DNA of 64,000 nucleotides from an uncultured Actinomycetes bacterium (GTDB lineage: Bacteria; Actinomycetota; Thermoleophilia; Gaiellales; JAICJC01): NCBI GenBank assembly GCA_963731515.1, contig CAVSVU010000017.1, positions 861,164 to 925,163 of the forward strand, given 5' to 3'. The position numbers were made by a program, and so were the translations under genes. A model generated the notes under the pieces. It had not been told where the DNA came from. It did not search any database and was given only the letters and a program-made list of their open reading frames with translations. Position 1 is the first letter of the stretch. Each line of letters opens with the position of its first letter. This document shows, piece after piece, positions 1 to 10,673 of the stretch.

Positions 1-2056
1 CTCGTGGTCGGGTTCTTCGGGTCCGCGCTGCCGCAGAAGGGCCCGAGCCTGCTGATCGACGCCGCCCAGCGCACGGAGGCGCCGATCCGCGTGCGCATCC
101 ACGGCGAGGTGCCGGAGCGGTTCGCCGCCGAGCTGCGCGCCCGCGACACCCGCGGCGTGGTCGAGATCTGCGGCGCGTTCGGGCACGACGACCTGCCGGA
201 GCTGCTGGCGGGCGTCGACGTCGCGGTGATCCCGTCCGTCTGGTGGGACTGCGCGCCGCTCATGGTCTCCGAGTGCCTGGCGGGCCGCGTTCCCGTCCTG
301 GCCGCCCGGATGGGCGGCATCCCCGACTTCGTCGCCGACGGGGTGAACGGCCTCCTCTTCGACGGCCGCGACGGCGCCGACCTGGCCCGCAAGCTCGACC
401 GCCTGGCGGGCGAGCCGGGACTGCTCGAGCGGCTCCAGGAGGGCATCGCCGCCCCACGCCGCGTTCGCCGCCCACGTCGACGAGCTCGAGGCCTACTACC
501 GCGGGGAGCGTCCCCGCCGCGACCACTCCGGCGTCGCGCCGGTCAGCGTCCGCTGGCAGGGCGACCACGGCTCGACCCAGAGCCTCGCCGGCGTGAACCG
601 CAACGTGTGCGACCTGCTCGAGGGCGCCCCCGGGATCGCGCTCGAGCGCGTCTCCCGCACCGGCCAGGGCGGCGGCCCGGCGCTGCCGCTGCCGGCCCAG
701 GTCGAGGTGCGCCACCAGTTCCCGCCCGACCTGCGCCCGGCCGCGTCCGGCCGGCTGGCGGTCATCCAGCCGTGGGAGTTCGGGGCGGCGCCGGTCGAGT
801 GGGTCGAGGGCATCAACGCGAACGTCGACGAGCTGTGGGTGCCGAGCGCGCACGTCCGCGACGTCTACGTCGCCTCCGGCGTCGAGGCCGGCCGGGTCGC
901 GGTCGTCCCCAACGGGGTCGACCTGGAGATGTTCTCCCCCGACGGCCCGCGCATGGAGCTCGACGCCGCCGGCCTGCGCCTGCTCTTCGTCGGCGGGCTG
1001 ATCGACCGCAAGGGCCCGGACGTGCTGATCTCGGCGTTCCTCGACGTGTTCGCCGGCCGCGACGACGTCACGCTCGTCGTCAAGGACTTCGGCGCCGACG
1101 GCATCTACCCCATGTCCGACCGCAGCCGCCTGCGCGACTACGCCGAGTCCGGCCAGAGCCCGCGCATCGTCTACCTGCACCGCGACATGTCCACCGCGGA
1201 GGTGGCATCGCTCTACCGGGCCTGCGACGTCCTCGTCCACCCGTACCGCGGCGAGGGGTTCGCGATGCCGGTGCTCGAGGCGATGGCGTGCGGGCTGCCG
1301 GTCATGGTGACGGCGGGCGGCCCGACCGACGAGTTCTGCCCCGACGACGCCTGCTGGCGGATCCCGGCGGAGCGGCGCGAGTACGACGAGGACCGGGCCG
1401 GGAAGTGGGTCACCGCCGGCCGGCCGTGGATGCTCGAGCCCGACCCGGGGCAGCTTCGCGAGCTGCTCGTCGCGGCCGTCGCCGACGCCGAGGGCCGGCG
1501 CTCGCGGGGCGCAGGCCGGGCGCGCGGCCGCCAGCCGGCTCTCGTGGGCGGCCGTGGCCGAGTCCTACCGCGAGCGGATCGCCGCACTGGCCGCGCGGCC
1601 GCCGCTGCACGCCGCAGCCCGACCCGGCGCCGCTCGAGCTCGATCCGGCCCGGATCCGGCTCCTGGCGACGCCGGCGTGGCGGGGAGACGACCGGCTGGG
1701 CGAGCTGCTCGCCGCCTGGGTCGGCGGGGTGCGCCCCGGCACCGGCGCCTGCCTCTTCCTGCTCGCCGATCCGCGCAGCGCGCCGGGCGAGGAGGCGTGC
1801 ACCCAGCGCGTCCTCGACGCGGCGGCGAAGGCCGGCGTGAGCCTCGACGACGCCGCCGACATCGTCATCCTCACCCACTCGCTCGCCGGCGCCGACGGCC
1901 CGCGCCTGCACGCGGGCGTCGACGGCTACGCGCCGCTCCACGACGGCTGCGCCGGCCACGAGCGCCTCGCCCGCGCCGCCGGCCGGCCCGTGCTCCCGCT
2001 GCGAGGCCGCCGCCCTGGCCGCCTGGGCGGCGACCGACGCCCGCCTCGCGGCGTAG
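1..2056 (+). CDS. Multi-domain GT4-family glycosyltransferase (5' partial; at least two GT-B units plus a C-terminal domain; frameshifted)
   Basis: The first frame has VIPSVWWDCAPLMVSECLAGRVPVLAARMGGIPD (GT4 C-terminal motif). After an indel near 460, a second unit has LLFVGGLIDRKGPD and HPYRGEGFAMPVLEAMACGLPV. Further indels lie near 1520, 1620 and 2000; the reconstructed frame ends ARLAA-TAG at 2054-2056. Confidence 0.8.
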
Positions 2057-2070
2057 CGGCCCGCGACAAT

Positions 2071-2106
2071 CGGGGACTGTCCCCGGCGAAGCGGGGACAG
2101 TCCCCG
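2071..2106. repeat. REP-like double palindrome GGGGACTGTCCCC...GGGGACAGTCCCC (copy 1)
   Basis: CGGGGACTGTCCCCG-GCGAAG-CGGGGACAGTCCCCG between convergent genes; near-identical copy at 31429-31462. Confidence 0.8.
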
Positions 2107-2122
2107 CTCCCTCGGACCGGCG

Positions 2123-2365
2123 TTAGCTGCGGCGGCGGCCGGTGACGGCCAGGCTGGCTGCGCCGACCACCACCACCACCGCGGCTGCCCACTCGATCCG
2201 GGCGCGCAGCGGATGCACCTTGTGCGTCTGGCCGACCAGGCAGACGCCCTGCTTGGGGCAGCGGGTCGGCGCGGTCTGGTTCCACGTGTAGGCGCCGAGC
2301 ACGGCCAGCACCACCGCTGCGATCGCGGCGAGGAGGACCGCCCGGTTGCGGAGCCGTTCCCGCAT
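2123..2365 (-). CDS. Small two-TM membrane protein (80 aa)
   Basis: Hydrophobic N- and C-terminal segments; TACGCT -10-like hexamer 6 nt before the ATG. Confidence 0.6.
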   Translation of the reverse strand: MRERLRNRAVLLAAIAAVVLAVLGAYTWNQTAPTRCPKQGVCLVGQTHKVHPLRARIEWAAAVVVVVGAASLAVTGRRRS

Positions 2366-2395
2366 CGCGGAAGCGTACCGGGAGGGGTTACCGGA

Positions 2396-2733
2396 TCAGC
2401 GGTGTGCCGCGTGGCCGCGGTCGTGCAGCATGCCGAGCATGCCCACGAACACGAGCGCGGCCGCGACCATCCCGGCCCCGACCAGGATCGCCGCCCGCTC
2501 GGAGGCGACGCCGATCAGCCAGAAGTAGATCGTGCTCGAGAAGCCCGCCACCAGCACGGCGGTGCCGCCCAGGACCGCCATGGTGCGCGCGAGCGCGTAC
2601 GCCGCGTCTCCCGGCATGAGCACCGACGCGGACATCTGCACGCCGAGCGCAGCGGCGATGATGCATCCCATGCACGCGAGGAACGCGGTCGCCGCGGCCC
2701 ACTGGGCCAGGTGCTGCAGCAGGTAGACCCCCA
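2396..2733 (-). CDS. Small multi-TM membrane protein (about 112 aa)
   Basis: Only the hydrophobic last part of the 2396..5929 shadow ORF looks protein-like. GTG at 2733 is preceded by TAGAGT at 7 nt. Confidence 0.6.
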
Positions 2734-2806
2734 CGGGCGCAACTCTACCTGCCGGTCCGCCCCATGTCTGCGAGCCGGGGGAAACACCCCTCGCCCCTCG
2801 CCGCAA

Positions 2807-2824
2807 CCCACCCATACGGGTGGG
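2807..2824. terminator. Hairpin CCCACCC-ATAC-GGGTGGG
   Basis: Perfect 7-bp stem directly after the stop of 2827..3147(-); no U-tract. Confidence 0.3.
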
Positions 2825-2826
2825 GG

Positions 2827-3147
2827 TCAGGGGCCGGCTGCCCGCCCGGCCCGGTAGCCCGCCGAGTAGCCGCGCTCGTAGCTCTTCTTGCGCAGCGAAT
2901 CGATCCGGGCGCGGGCGGCGCCGGCCCGGCCGGTGCGCTCGCTGCCCGCGGCCAGGCCGCGGATGTAGGCCTGACCCTGGAGCTGGCGCACGACGGCCGG
3001 TGAGTAACGCGTCCCGGTGGCGTGCCCGGCCGACCAGGCCGCGACGCCGACCACCGTCGCGAGCCCCGCGGAGAGGCTCAGCCACAGGATGACGCCCGCG
3101 ACCGAGAGGCGCGCGATCGACTCGGAGATGTGCAGGGATCCGTACAC
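2827..3147 (-). CDS. Hypothetical single-TM protein (106 aa)
   Basis: TM segment followed by a YERGYSAGYRAG motif; GAGGAAG RBS-like sequence upstream of the GTG. Confidence 0.55.
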   Translation of the reverse strand: MYGSLHISESIARLSVAGVILWLSLSAGLATVVGVAAWSAGHATGTRYSPAVVRQLQGQAYIRGLAAGSERTGRAGAARARIDSLRKKSYERGYSAGYRAGRAAGP

Positions 3148-3195
3148 GGCGAACTTCCTCCTTCTGCCGGCGGCGACCGGATTCCTGCAAATGCC

Positions 3196-4626
3196 TCAGC
3201 CGGCGAGATCGGCCAGGGCGGCGTCGAGCCGCGCCAGCGACTCGTCCCGCCCGACCAGCTCGAGGCTCTCGTAGAGCCCCGGCGAGACGGTGCTCCCGGT
3301 GAGCGCGACGCGCACCGGCATGAAGAGCACCCGCGGCTTCACACCCTCCCGCTCGCAGGCGGCATGGAGCGCCGCCTCGAGGCCGTCGGCGCGCCACGGC
3401 TCGACGCCGGCGAGCGCGTCGCGCGCAGCCCGGAGCGATGCCGGCGCGCGCTCGTCCTTGCCCACTCGCTCCCACGCCGCGGGGTCGCGTTCCGGCGGGC
3501 CGAACAGGAACCCGGCCAGCCGGGGGAACTGGCCCAGCACCCGCATCTTCTCCTGCACGAGCGGGGCCGCCTCTGCGACCCGCTGCGGCTGGGACGCGAG
3601 CGGCGAGGACGCCGCCACGAGGTAGGTCTGCAGCTCGCTCGTGAACCGGTCGGCGGGCAGCGCGCGCAGATGCTCGCCGTTCAGCCACTCGAGCTTCTCC
3701 GGGTCGAAGACCCCGGGGCTCCTGGTGACCCGCTCGAGCGTGAAGCGCTCGACCAGCTCGGCGCGCGTCATGAAGTTGGTGTGGTCGTCGAAGCTCCAGC
3801 CGACGAGCGCCAGGTAGTTCACGAGCGCGTCGGCGATCACGCCGGCGTCGCGGAACTCCTCCACGGAGATGGCGCCGTGCCGCTTCGACAGCTTGCGCTT
3901 GTCCGGCCCGAGCACCATCGGCAGGTGGGCGAACGTCGGCTCGGGGGCCCCGAGCGCCCGGTAGAGCGCGAGCTGGCGCGGGGTCGAGGACAGCAGATCC
4001 TCGCCGCGGATGACGTGGGTGACGCCCATCGCGATGTCGTCGAACGGGTTGGCGAACTGGTAGGTCGGCGAGCCGTCGGGGCGCAGGATCACGTGGTCGC
4101 CCTGGAGCGCGTTGTCCCATTCCACCGTGCCGTGGACGACGTCCTCGATGACGGTCGTGCCGGTCCGGGGGAGCGCCAGCCGCACGACCGCCGGCCGCCC
4201 CTCGGCCGCGAGCGCCTCGAGCTCGGACGCCGGCCGGTTGCGGCAGCGGCCGCTGTAGATCAGCGGCCGCCCGTCGGCCTGGCGCCGGGCCCGCTCCTCG
4301 GCCAGCTCGGCCTCGGTGCAGTAGCAGCGGTAGGCCGCCCCCTTCGCGATCAGCTCCGCGACCGCCTCCTGATAGATGCCGTAGCGCTGCGTCTGGCGGT
4401 AGGGGCCGTCGTCCCAGTCGATCCCGAGCCAGCGCAGCACCGCCTCGGCGTGCTCGACGGCGGCCTCGGTCGAGCGGGCCACGTCGGTGTCCTCGAACCG
4501 CAGCACGACCCGGCCGCCGCGGCCGCGGGCGAAGAGCCAGTTGAAGAGCATCGTGCGCACCGTGCCGACGTGGAAGAGCCCGGTCGGGCTGGGCGGCATG
4601 CGGACACAGACGGGGCGGGACGACAC
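3196..4626 (-). CDS. gltX: Glutamate--tRNA ligase
   Basis: PSPTGLFHVG (HIGH), RFEDTD, CYC Zn site, HVIRGED, KLSKR (KMSKS), C-terminal anticodon-binding domain. TAGACT 8 nt before the GTG. Confidence 0.97.
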   Translation of the reverse strand: MSSRPVCVRMPPSPTGLFHVGTVRTMLFNWLFARGRGGRVVLRFEDTDVARSTEAAVEHAEAVLRWLGIDWDDGPYRQTQRYGIYQEAVAELIAKGAAYRCYCTEAELAEERARRQADGRPLIYSGRCRNRPASELEALAAEGRPAVVRLALPRTGTTVIEDVVHGTVEWDNALQGDHVILRPDGSPTYQFANPFDDIAMGVTHVIRGEDLLSSTPRQLALYRALGAPEPTFAHLPMVLGPDKRKLSKRHGAISVEEFRDAGVIADALVNYLALVGWSFDDHTNFMTRAELVERFTLERVTRSPGVFDPEKLEWLNGEHLRALPADRFTSELQTYLVAASSPLASQPQRVAEAAPLVQEKMRVLGQFPRLAGFLFGPPERDPAAWERVGKDERAPASLRAARDALAGVEPWRADGLEAALHAACEREGVKPRVLFMPVRVALTGSTVSPGLYESLELVGRDESLARLDAALADLAG

Positions 4627-4681
4627 GGCCGGTCAGTCTAGATGCATGTCCGCGAACCGCACCGCCGACTACCATCGGCCG

Positions 4682-5566
4682 ATGCAGTACGGGGCTCATC
4701 TCGGCGTCGCGGGCGGCGCCCACAAGGCGCTCGAGCGCGCCCGCGCGATCGGCGCGACGTCGCTGCAGATCTTCACCCAGAGCCCGCGCATGTGGCGCCA
4801 CCCCGTCACCGATCCCGAGGCGGCCGAGCGCTTCCGCGCGGCACGCAAGCCGGCGAAGGTGCAGACGGTGGTCTGCCACGCGACGTACCTGATCAACCTG
4901 GGCGCCTCCGACCCCGCGCTGTACGAGAAGTCGGTCGACGCGCTTCACAACACGATGCGGGCGGGGCAGGCGATCGCGGCCGACGGCGTCGTCTTCCACC
5001 TCGGCAGCCATCTCGGCCGCGGCCTCGACGCCGTCATGCCGCAGGTGGCCGAGGCGCTGACCGGCGTGCTCGCCGACGTCGATCCGGAATCGCCGACGCA
5101 GCTCGTGATCGAGAACTCGGCCGGCGCGGGCGGGACGATGGGCGTCGGCCTGGACGAGATCGAGCAGGTGCTCGACGCGATCGGCCGGCACGAGCGCGTG
5201 TCCGTGTGCCTGGACACGTGCCACCTGTGGGCGTCCGGCGTCGACATCACCGACCCCGGCCGGGTCGACGCGCTCATGGCCGAGGTCGACGAGCGCTTCG
5301 GGATGGAGCGCCTCTCCTGCCTGCACGTGAACGACGCCGCGGTCGACCTCGGGTCCCAGCGCGACCGCCACGCCGAGGTCGGCAAGGGCGTGATCGGCGC
5401 CGAGCTGGCGGTGATGCTCGGACATCCCGCCGTGCAGGACATCGCGGCGATCATGGAGACCGCCGGCGAGGACGAGGAGAAGCCGTACGCGCGCAGCATC
5501 CGGGCGCTGCGGCGCTACCACCGCGCCGGGGTGAAGCGGCGCGCGGCCGAGCGGACCGGTGCTTGA
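4682..5566 (+). CDS. nfo: Endonuclease IV (deoxyribonuclease IV)
   Basis: GAHLGVAGG, HATYLINL, FHLGSH, IENSAG, CLDTCHLWASG, LHVND, DRHAEVGKG. TACCAT 6 nt before ATG 4682. Confidence 0.93.
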   Translation: MQYGAHLGVAGGAHKALERARAIGATSLQIFTQSPRMWRHPVTDPEAAERFRAARKPAKVQTVVCHATYLINLGASDPALYEKSVDALHNTMRAGQAIAADGVVFHLGSHLGRGLDAVMPQVAEALTGVLADVDPESPTQLVIENSAGAGGTMGVGLDEIEQVLDAIGRHERVSVCLDTCHLWASGVDITDPGRVDALMAEVDERFGMERLSCLHVNDAAVDLGSQRDRHAEVGKGVIGAELAVMLGHPAVQDIAAIMETAGEDEEKPYARSIRALRRYHRAGVKRRAAERTGA

Positions 5567-6011
5567 CATCGGCGCAGCCCGTCCGCTCCCGCCCTCCGAG
5601 CTCGAGTTCCGGGCGACGCGCAGCGGCGGCCCCGGCGGCCAGCACGTGAACACGTCGTCGACCCGGGTGGAGCTCGTGTTCGACCTCGCCGGCAGCCCCA
5701 CCCTGACCGAGGCGGAGCGGGACCTGGCGCGCCGGCGCCTGCGCTCGCGGCTCGACGCCGAGGGCCGGCTGCGCGTCGTCGCGCAGGACGAGCGCAGCCA
5801 GTACCGCAACCGCCGCCTCGCCACCGAGCGCTTCTGCGCGCTGATGCGCGAGGCGCTCGCGCCGCCGCCGCCGCCGCGCCGGCCGAGCCGGCCCACGAAG
5901 GCGGCCACCCGGGAGCGGCTCGACCGCAAGCGCCGGGACGCGGCCCGGAAGCGGCTGCGGCGCCCGCCGGCCGACGCCGACGACCGCGCGGAGGGCGCCC
6001 GTGCGGCTTGA
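5559..6011 (+). CDS. arfB: Alternative ribosome-rescue peptidyl-tRNA hydrolase ArfB
   Basis: RSGGPGGQHVNTSSTRVEL (GGQ), QDERSQYRNR, basic C-terminal tail. Confidence 0.93.
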   Translation: MLDIGAARPLPPSELEFRATRSGGPGGQHVNTSSTRVELVFDLAGSPTLTEAERDLARRRLRSRLDAEGRLRVVAQDERSQYRNRRLATERFCALMREALAPPPPPRRPSRPTKAATRERLDRKRRDAARKRLRRPPADADDRAEGARAA

Positions 6012-6723
6012 GGGCAGGACGGTCCTCGTGACCGGCGGCGGCAGCGGGATCGGCGCCGCGATCGTGCGCCGGTTCGCCGCGGAGGGCGCGACGGTGTGGG
6101 CGATGGGCAGGCGGCGGGAGCAGCTCGAGGCGAGCGGCGGCCGCCCGATCGCCGGCGACGTCGCCGACCCGGGCGACCGCCGGCGGGCGCTCGAGGCGAC
6201 CGGGCCGCTCGACGTGCTCGTGAACAACGCCGGCCTCGGCGACGCGGGCTGGGACGCGACGATCGCGGTCAACCTCACCGCCGCCCATCGCCTCGCCGAG
6301 CTGGCCGCCGACGGCCTCGCGGAGCGGGGCGGGGCGATCGTGAACGTCGCGTCCGTGGCCGCCCTCGTCGCCGGGCCGGGCGAGCCCCAGTACGCCGTCT
6401 CGAAGGCGGCGCTCGTGATGCTGACGAAGTCGCTCGCCGTGACGCTCGGGCCCCGCGGCGTGCGCGCGAACGCGATCTGCCCGGGATGGGTGCGGACGCC
6501 GATGGCCGACACCGAGATGGCGGCGCTCGGGTCGGACACCGAGGCGGCCTACCGCGAGGTCACACGCAACGTGCCCCTGGGGCGGCCGGCACAGCCGGAC
6601 GAGGTCGCCGCGGCGGCCCTGTTCCTGGCCTCCGCCGAGGCGTCGTACGTCTCCGGCGCCGTGCTCACGGTCGACGGCGGCCTGACGGCGGTGGACGTGG
6701 GCAGCCTCGCCTTCGGTGAATAA
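6001..6723 (+). CDS. SDR family oxidoreductase
   Basis: TGGGSGIG, LVNNAG, NVAS, YAVSK (YxxxK), ICPGWVRTPM, LTVDGG. Confidence 0.92.
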   Translation: MRLEGRTVLVTGGGSGIGAAIVRRFAAEGATVWAMGRRREQLEASGGRPIAGDVADPGDRRRALEATGPLDVLVNNAGLGDAGWDATIAVNLTAAHRLAELAADGLAERGGAIVNVASVAALVAGPGEPQYAVSKAALVMLTKSLAVTLGPRGVRANAICPGWVRTPMADTEMAALGSDTEAAYREVTRNVPLGRPAQPDEVAAAALFLASAEASYVSGAVLTVDGGLTAVDVGSLAFGE

Positions 6724-6747
6724 CCGGTGCCAGGCACCGGATATTCA
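6717..6747. repeat. 31-bp palindrome TGAATAACCGGTGCCAGGCACCGGATATTCA (copy 1)
   Basis: Near-perfect 15-1-15 inverted repeat; second copy at 20083-20113. Confidence 0.85.
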
Positions 6748-6758
6748 GGCCACCCGCG

Positions 6759-7154
6759 TCAGTCGTCGCCGCGGATGACGCGGAAGCTCGGCCGGTCGGG
6801 CAGCTCGTGGAACTCGGGGTTGATGCAGCCCATCGGATCCTCGCGGTTCTCGTAGGCCCGCTCGACGTCGGCCGGGCAGATCGGCAGCGGCTCGCGCACC
6901 GCCCGCACCGACCCGAAGCCGTTGCGGCGCCGGCGGGCGCGCTCGAGCACCTCGAGGTCGATGTCGGCGGCGAAGATCTCCTGGGTGCAGCCGACGTACG
7001 TGCGCCCGAAGGCGTCGTAGGCATAGAGGAAGGGGCACTGCTGGTCGAGGCACCGGGACGGGTGCACGACCTTCTGGCACACCACCCCGCAGCGTCTGCA
7101 CTCCACGTCGGACGAGCGAGGAGCGACGGGCAGAGACTGGCGGATACGGCCCAT
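6759..7154 (-). CDS. Cys-rich hypothetical protein (131 aa, 8 Cys)
   Basis: CRRCGVVC...C...C...C...C...C pattern, GC3-biased codons, TAAGAT 6 nt before the ATG. Confidence 0.7.
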   Translation of the reverse strand: MGRIRQSLPVAPRSSDVECRRCGVVCQKVVHPSRCLDQQCPFLYAYDAFGRTYVGCTQEIFAADIDLEVLERARRRRNGFGSVRAVREPLPICPADVERAYENREDPMGCINPEFHELPDRPSFRVIRGDD

Positions 7155-7156
7155 CG

Positions 7157-7882
7157 TCAGATCTTACCGGGCGATCCGGATTCGACAATCCCCTCGAGAA
7201 CCTCCAGCACGTGCAGGGGTTCTGTGCAGATCGTCACACCCCTCCCACCGGACTCCGGATCGCGCCGGTACCAGGCTGCAAGGCAGGTGCGCATGCCCGC
7301 GCCGGCCGGGCCGAGCACGTCGTCGCGCACGCTGTCGCCCACGAAGAGGACGGCGCCGGGAGCGACCCCGAGCGCCTCCGCGACCGCCGCGTAGAAGCCG
7401 GGATGCGGCTTGCGCACGCCCACCTCGCACGAGAGCACGATCGCATCGACGCGGCCCCCGATCCCCTGCTCCTCCAGGTCGGCACGGAAGAGCGCCGGCG
7501 GGTCGAACGTGTTCGCGGCGAGGGCCGTCCGCAGGCCGAGCGCCCGCACCCCGTCGAGCAGCGCCGGCGTGTCGGGATGCACGTGCCGGGCCGGCGCCCA
7601 CGCGCGGTACTCGGCCTCGATGCCGCGGCGCACGGCCGCCGGCTCCGCCTCGATCCCGGCCTCCGCGAGCGCCCCCGCCACGGCGCCGGCGTAGTCGAGC
7701 TCGGCCGGGCCGGCGTCCGAGCGGGTGAACCGCCGCCGCAGCCCCTCGCCCACCCGGCCGGCCTTCGCGGGATCCGCCCCGACGACGGCGACCAGCGCCT
7801 CCACCCCCCGCCGCCACAGCGCCTCGTCCCAGCGGAACTCGGCCAGGGTGTCGCGGTGGTCGAACGCCACGGCCCGCAGCAC
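7157..7882 (-). CDS. HAD-superfamily hydrolase
   Basis: AVAFDHRDTL (variant motif I), LAANT, EVGVRKPHP (motif III), FVGDSVRDD (motif IV). Confidence 0.85.
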   Translation of the reverse strand: MLRAVAFDHRDTLAEFRWDEALWRRGVEALVAVVGADPAKAGRVGEGLRRRFTRSDAGPAELDYAGAVAGALAEAGIEAEPAAVRRGIEAEYRAWAPARHVHPDTPALLDGVRALGLRTALAANTFDPPALFRADLEEQGIGGRVDAIVLSCEVGVRKPHPGFYAAVAEALGVAPGAVLFVGDSVRDDVLGPAGAGMRTCLAAWYRRDPESGGRGVTICTEPLHVLEVLEGIVESGSPGKI

Positions 7883-7890
7883 CGCAGCGG

Positions 7891-9339
7891 CTACCCGGAC
7901 GTGGGGTGCTCGTCGAAGCCGTAGCGGACGAGCAGCCGCTTGGCCGCCTCGGCCTCGTCCAGCCGCGACACCGGCCGCGTGTGCGGCGCGTCCTTCAGCA
8001 TCCGCGGGTCGTCGGCCGCCTCCTGGGCGATCGCGAGCATCGCGTCGCAGAACGCGTCCAGCGTCTCGCGCGTCTCCGTCTCGGTCGGCTCGATCATGAG
8101 CGCCTCGGCCACGATCAGCGGGAAGTAGATCGTCGGCGGGTGGAACCCGTGGTCCATCAGCCGCTTGGCGACGTCGAGGGCCGTGATCCCGTGCTCCCGC
8201 TTGAGGTTGCGGGCGGAGACGACGAACTCGTGCATGCAGTGGCGGTCGACGGGCACGTCGTACGCCCCGCGCAGCCGGGCGAGCACGTAGTTCGCGTTCA
8301 GCACGGCGACCTCGGACATGTCCCGCAGCCCCGGGCCCCACATGCGCATGAAGGCGTACGCGCGCACGAACACGCCGAACGGCCCGCCGAACCCGCGCAC
8401 CTTGCCGATCGTCTTCGGCCGGTCGCTCTCGAGCCGGAACGTGTCGCCGTCGCGGACGACGACCGGCACGGGCAGGAACGGCTCCAGGTCGCGCCGCACC
8501 GCCACCGGCCCGCCGCCCGGCCCGCCGCCGCCGTGCGGCTGCGAGAACGTCTTGTGCAGGTTGTAGTGGACGATGTCGAAGCCCATGTCGCCGGGCCGCG
8601 AGATGCCGCAGACGGCGTTCAGGTTGGCGCCGTCGTAGTAGAGGAGCGCGCCGGCCGAGTGGAAGATGTCGGCGATCTCGGTGATCCCCTCCTCGAACAG
8701 CCCCAGCGTCGAGGGGTTGGTCAGCATCAGCCCCGCCGTGCGCTCCCCCACCTTGCCGCGCAGGTCGTCGACGTCGACGTTGCCGCGCATGTCGGTCTTC
8801 ACCCGCACGAGCGTGTAGCCCGCCATGGCCACGCTGGCCGGGTTGGTGCCGTGGGCGGTGTCGGGGATGACCACCTCGGTGCGGTCCTCGCCGCGATCGG
8901 CGAAGTACGCCCGCATGAGCGTGAGGCCGGTCAGCTCGCCCTGCGACCCGGCCGCCGGCTGGAGCGTGACCGCGTCCAGCCCGACCACCTCGGCCAGCAT
9001 CTCCTGCAGCCGCCACATCAGCTCGAGCGCCCCCTGCGCGCCCTCGTCCTCCTGGTGCGGGTGCAGATCGGCGAACCCGGGCAGCCCCACCGCCCGCTCG
9101 TTGATGCGCGGGTTGTACTTCATCGTGCAGGACCCGAGCGGGTAGAAGCCGGTGTCGATCCCGAACGTCCGCGTCGAGAGCTCGGTGTAGTGGCGGACGA
9201 GCTCCGGCTCGGCCAGCTCCGGCAGCCGCGGCGGCCGCGCCCGGGCGAGCTCCGCCGGCACCTCCGCCGGGGCGACGCCCGGATCGGGGATGCGGCCGGC
9301 CCGCCGTCCCGCGCGCGACTTCTCGTAGATGAGCTTCAT
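7891..9339 (-). CDS. gcvPB: Glycine dehydrogenase (decarboxylating) subunit 2
   Basis: [48 protein letters not shown]; ATG 9339 overlaps the gcvPA stop. Confidence 0.97.
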   Translation of the reverse strand: MKLIYEKSRAGRRAGRIPDPGVAPAEVPAELARARPPRLPELAEPELVRHYTELSTRTFGIDTGFYPLGSCTMKYNPRINERAVGLPGFADLHPHQEDEGAQGALELMWRLQEMLAEVVGLDAVTLQPAAGSQGELTGLTLMRAYFADRGEDRTEVVIPDTAHGTNPASVAMAGYTLVRVKTDMRGNVDVDDLRGKVGERTAGLMLTNPSTLGLFEEGITEIADIFHSAGALLYYDGANLNAVCGISRPGDMGFDIVHYNLHKTFSQPHGGGGPGGGPVAVRRDLEPFLPVPVVVRDGDTFRLESDRPKTIGKVRGFGGPFGVFVRAYAFMRMWGPGLRDMSEVAVLNANYVLARLRGAYDVPVDRHCMHEFVVSARNLKREHGITALDVAKRLMDHGFHPPTIYFPLIVAEALMIEPTETETRETLDAFCDAMLAIAQEAADDPRMLKDAPHTRPVSRLDEAEAAKRLLVRYGFDEHPTSG

Positions 9340-10673
9340 GCCGCCACCGCCTGCACCTGGCGCAGCACGTCGGCGAGCCGGTCGATGTCCGCCGCCGTGC
9401 GCTTCTCGGTCAGGCACACGAGCAGCACGTCGTCCATGCCCGGGTAGTCGCGCCCGAGGGCGTAGCCGGGATGGACTCCGAGCTTGCGGGCGTCGCGGAT
9501 CACCTCCCGCGCCGGCCGGCGCAGGCGCACGGCGAACTCCTGGAAGGTCGGCCGCTCGAACGCGAGCGGGAGGCCGAGGCGGCGCTTCGCGTGCTCGGCC
9601 AGCGACAGGCATGACCGGCCGACGTCATGGAGGCCCTCGGGACCGAGCCAGCTCAGGTAGATCAGGCCGGCCACGGCGAGCAGCGTCTGGTTCGTCGTGA
9701 TGTTCGACGTCGCCTTCTCGCGGCGGATGTGCTGCTCGCGCGTCTGCAGGGTCAGCACGAATCCGCGCCGTCCGTCATGGTCGTGGGTCTCGCCGACGAT
9801 CCGGCCCGGGAGCTTGCGGATGTAGTCCGACCGCGCGGCCAGGAAGCCGAAGTGCGGCCCCCCGTAGGACATGTGGTTCCCGGCGGACTGGCCCTCGCCG
9901 ATCGCGAGCGCGCAGCCGTAGGCGCCGGGGGCCTCGAGCACGCCGAGCGTCATCAGGTCGACGTGCGCGATCGGGAGCGCGCCGGCCGCAGCCGCCGCGG
10001 CGGCCAGCTCCGGCGCCGGCTCGAGGCAGCCGAAGAAGTTCGGCTGCGGGAAGATCGCGCAGGCGGCCCCGGCGCACGCGGCGCCGAACCGCTCGGGATC
10101 GGTGCTGCCGCCGGCGTGCGGCACCTCGACGACCTCCATGCCGAACCCGGGCGCGAACGTGCGCACCACCTGGCGCACCTGCGGGTTCAGCGTCTCGGCC
10201 ACGACGACCCGGGCGCGGCCCGTCGTCTGCTTGGCGACGTAGCACGCGTCTGCGGCGACCGTCGTCCCGTCGTAGCCGGACGCGTTGGAGACGTCCATGC
10301 CGGTCAGCTCGCAGATCGCGGTCTGGTACTCGAAGATCGCCTGAAGCGTCCCCTGGCTCATCTCCGGCTGGTACGGCGTGTAGGCCGTGAGCAGCTCGCC
10401 GCGCTGCATGACGGCGTCGACGACGGCCGGCACGTAGTGGTCGTACACCCCGGCGCCGAGGAACGAGAGCTCGCTCCCGGTGCCGGAGTTGCGCCCGGCC
10501 AGCTCGCACAGGTGCGCCCACAGCTCGCCCTCGGTGAGCGCCGGGTCGACCCGCAGCGGCCGGTCGAGGCGGACGTCCGCCGGGATCTCGGTGAAGAGGT
10601 CGGCGACCGAGTCCACGCCGATCGCGGCCAGCATGGCGGCCCGGTCGGCATCGGTCAGCGAGGTGAAGCTCAC
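9336..10673 (-). CDS. gcvPA: Glycine dehydrogenase (decarboxylating) subunit 1
   Basis: [43 protein letters not shown]. Confidence 0.97.
   Translation of the reverse strand: MSFTSLTDADRAAMLAAIGVDSVADLFTEIPADVRLDRPLRVDPALTEGELWAHLCELAGRNSGTGSELSFLGAGVYDHYVPAVVDAVMQRGELLTAYTPYQPEMSQGTLQAIFEYQTAICELTGMDVSNASGYDGTTVAADACYVAKQTTGRARVVVAETLNPQVRQVVRTFAPGFGMEVVEVPHAGGSTDPERFGAACAGAACAIFPQPNFFGCLEPAPELAAAAAAAGALPIAHVDLMTLGVLEAPGAYGCALAIGEGQSAGNHMSYGGPHFGFLAARSDYIRKLPGRIVGETHDHDGRRGFVLTLQTREQHIRREKATSNITTNQTLLAVAGLIYLSWLGPEGLHDVGRSCLSLAEHAKRRLGLPLAFERPTFQEFAVRLRRPAREVIRDARKLGVHPGYALGRDYPGMDDVLLVCLTEKRTAADIDRLADVLRQVQAVAA

Noticed and set aside
2734-5929. 1177-aa ORF and other very long Arg/Pro/Gly-rich ORFs (e.g. 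15453..18092, 25096..27561, 30339..32903)
   Set aside because: Low-complexity shadow or antisense frames of real genes, typical of very high GC DNA.
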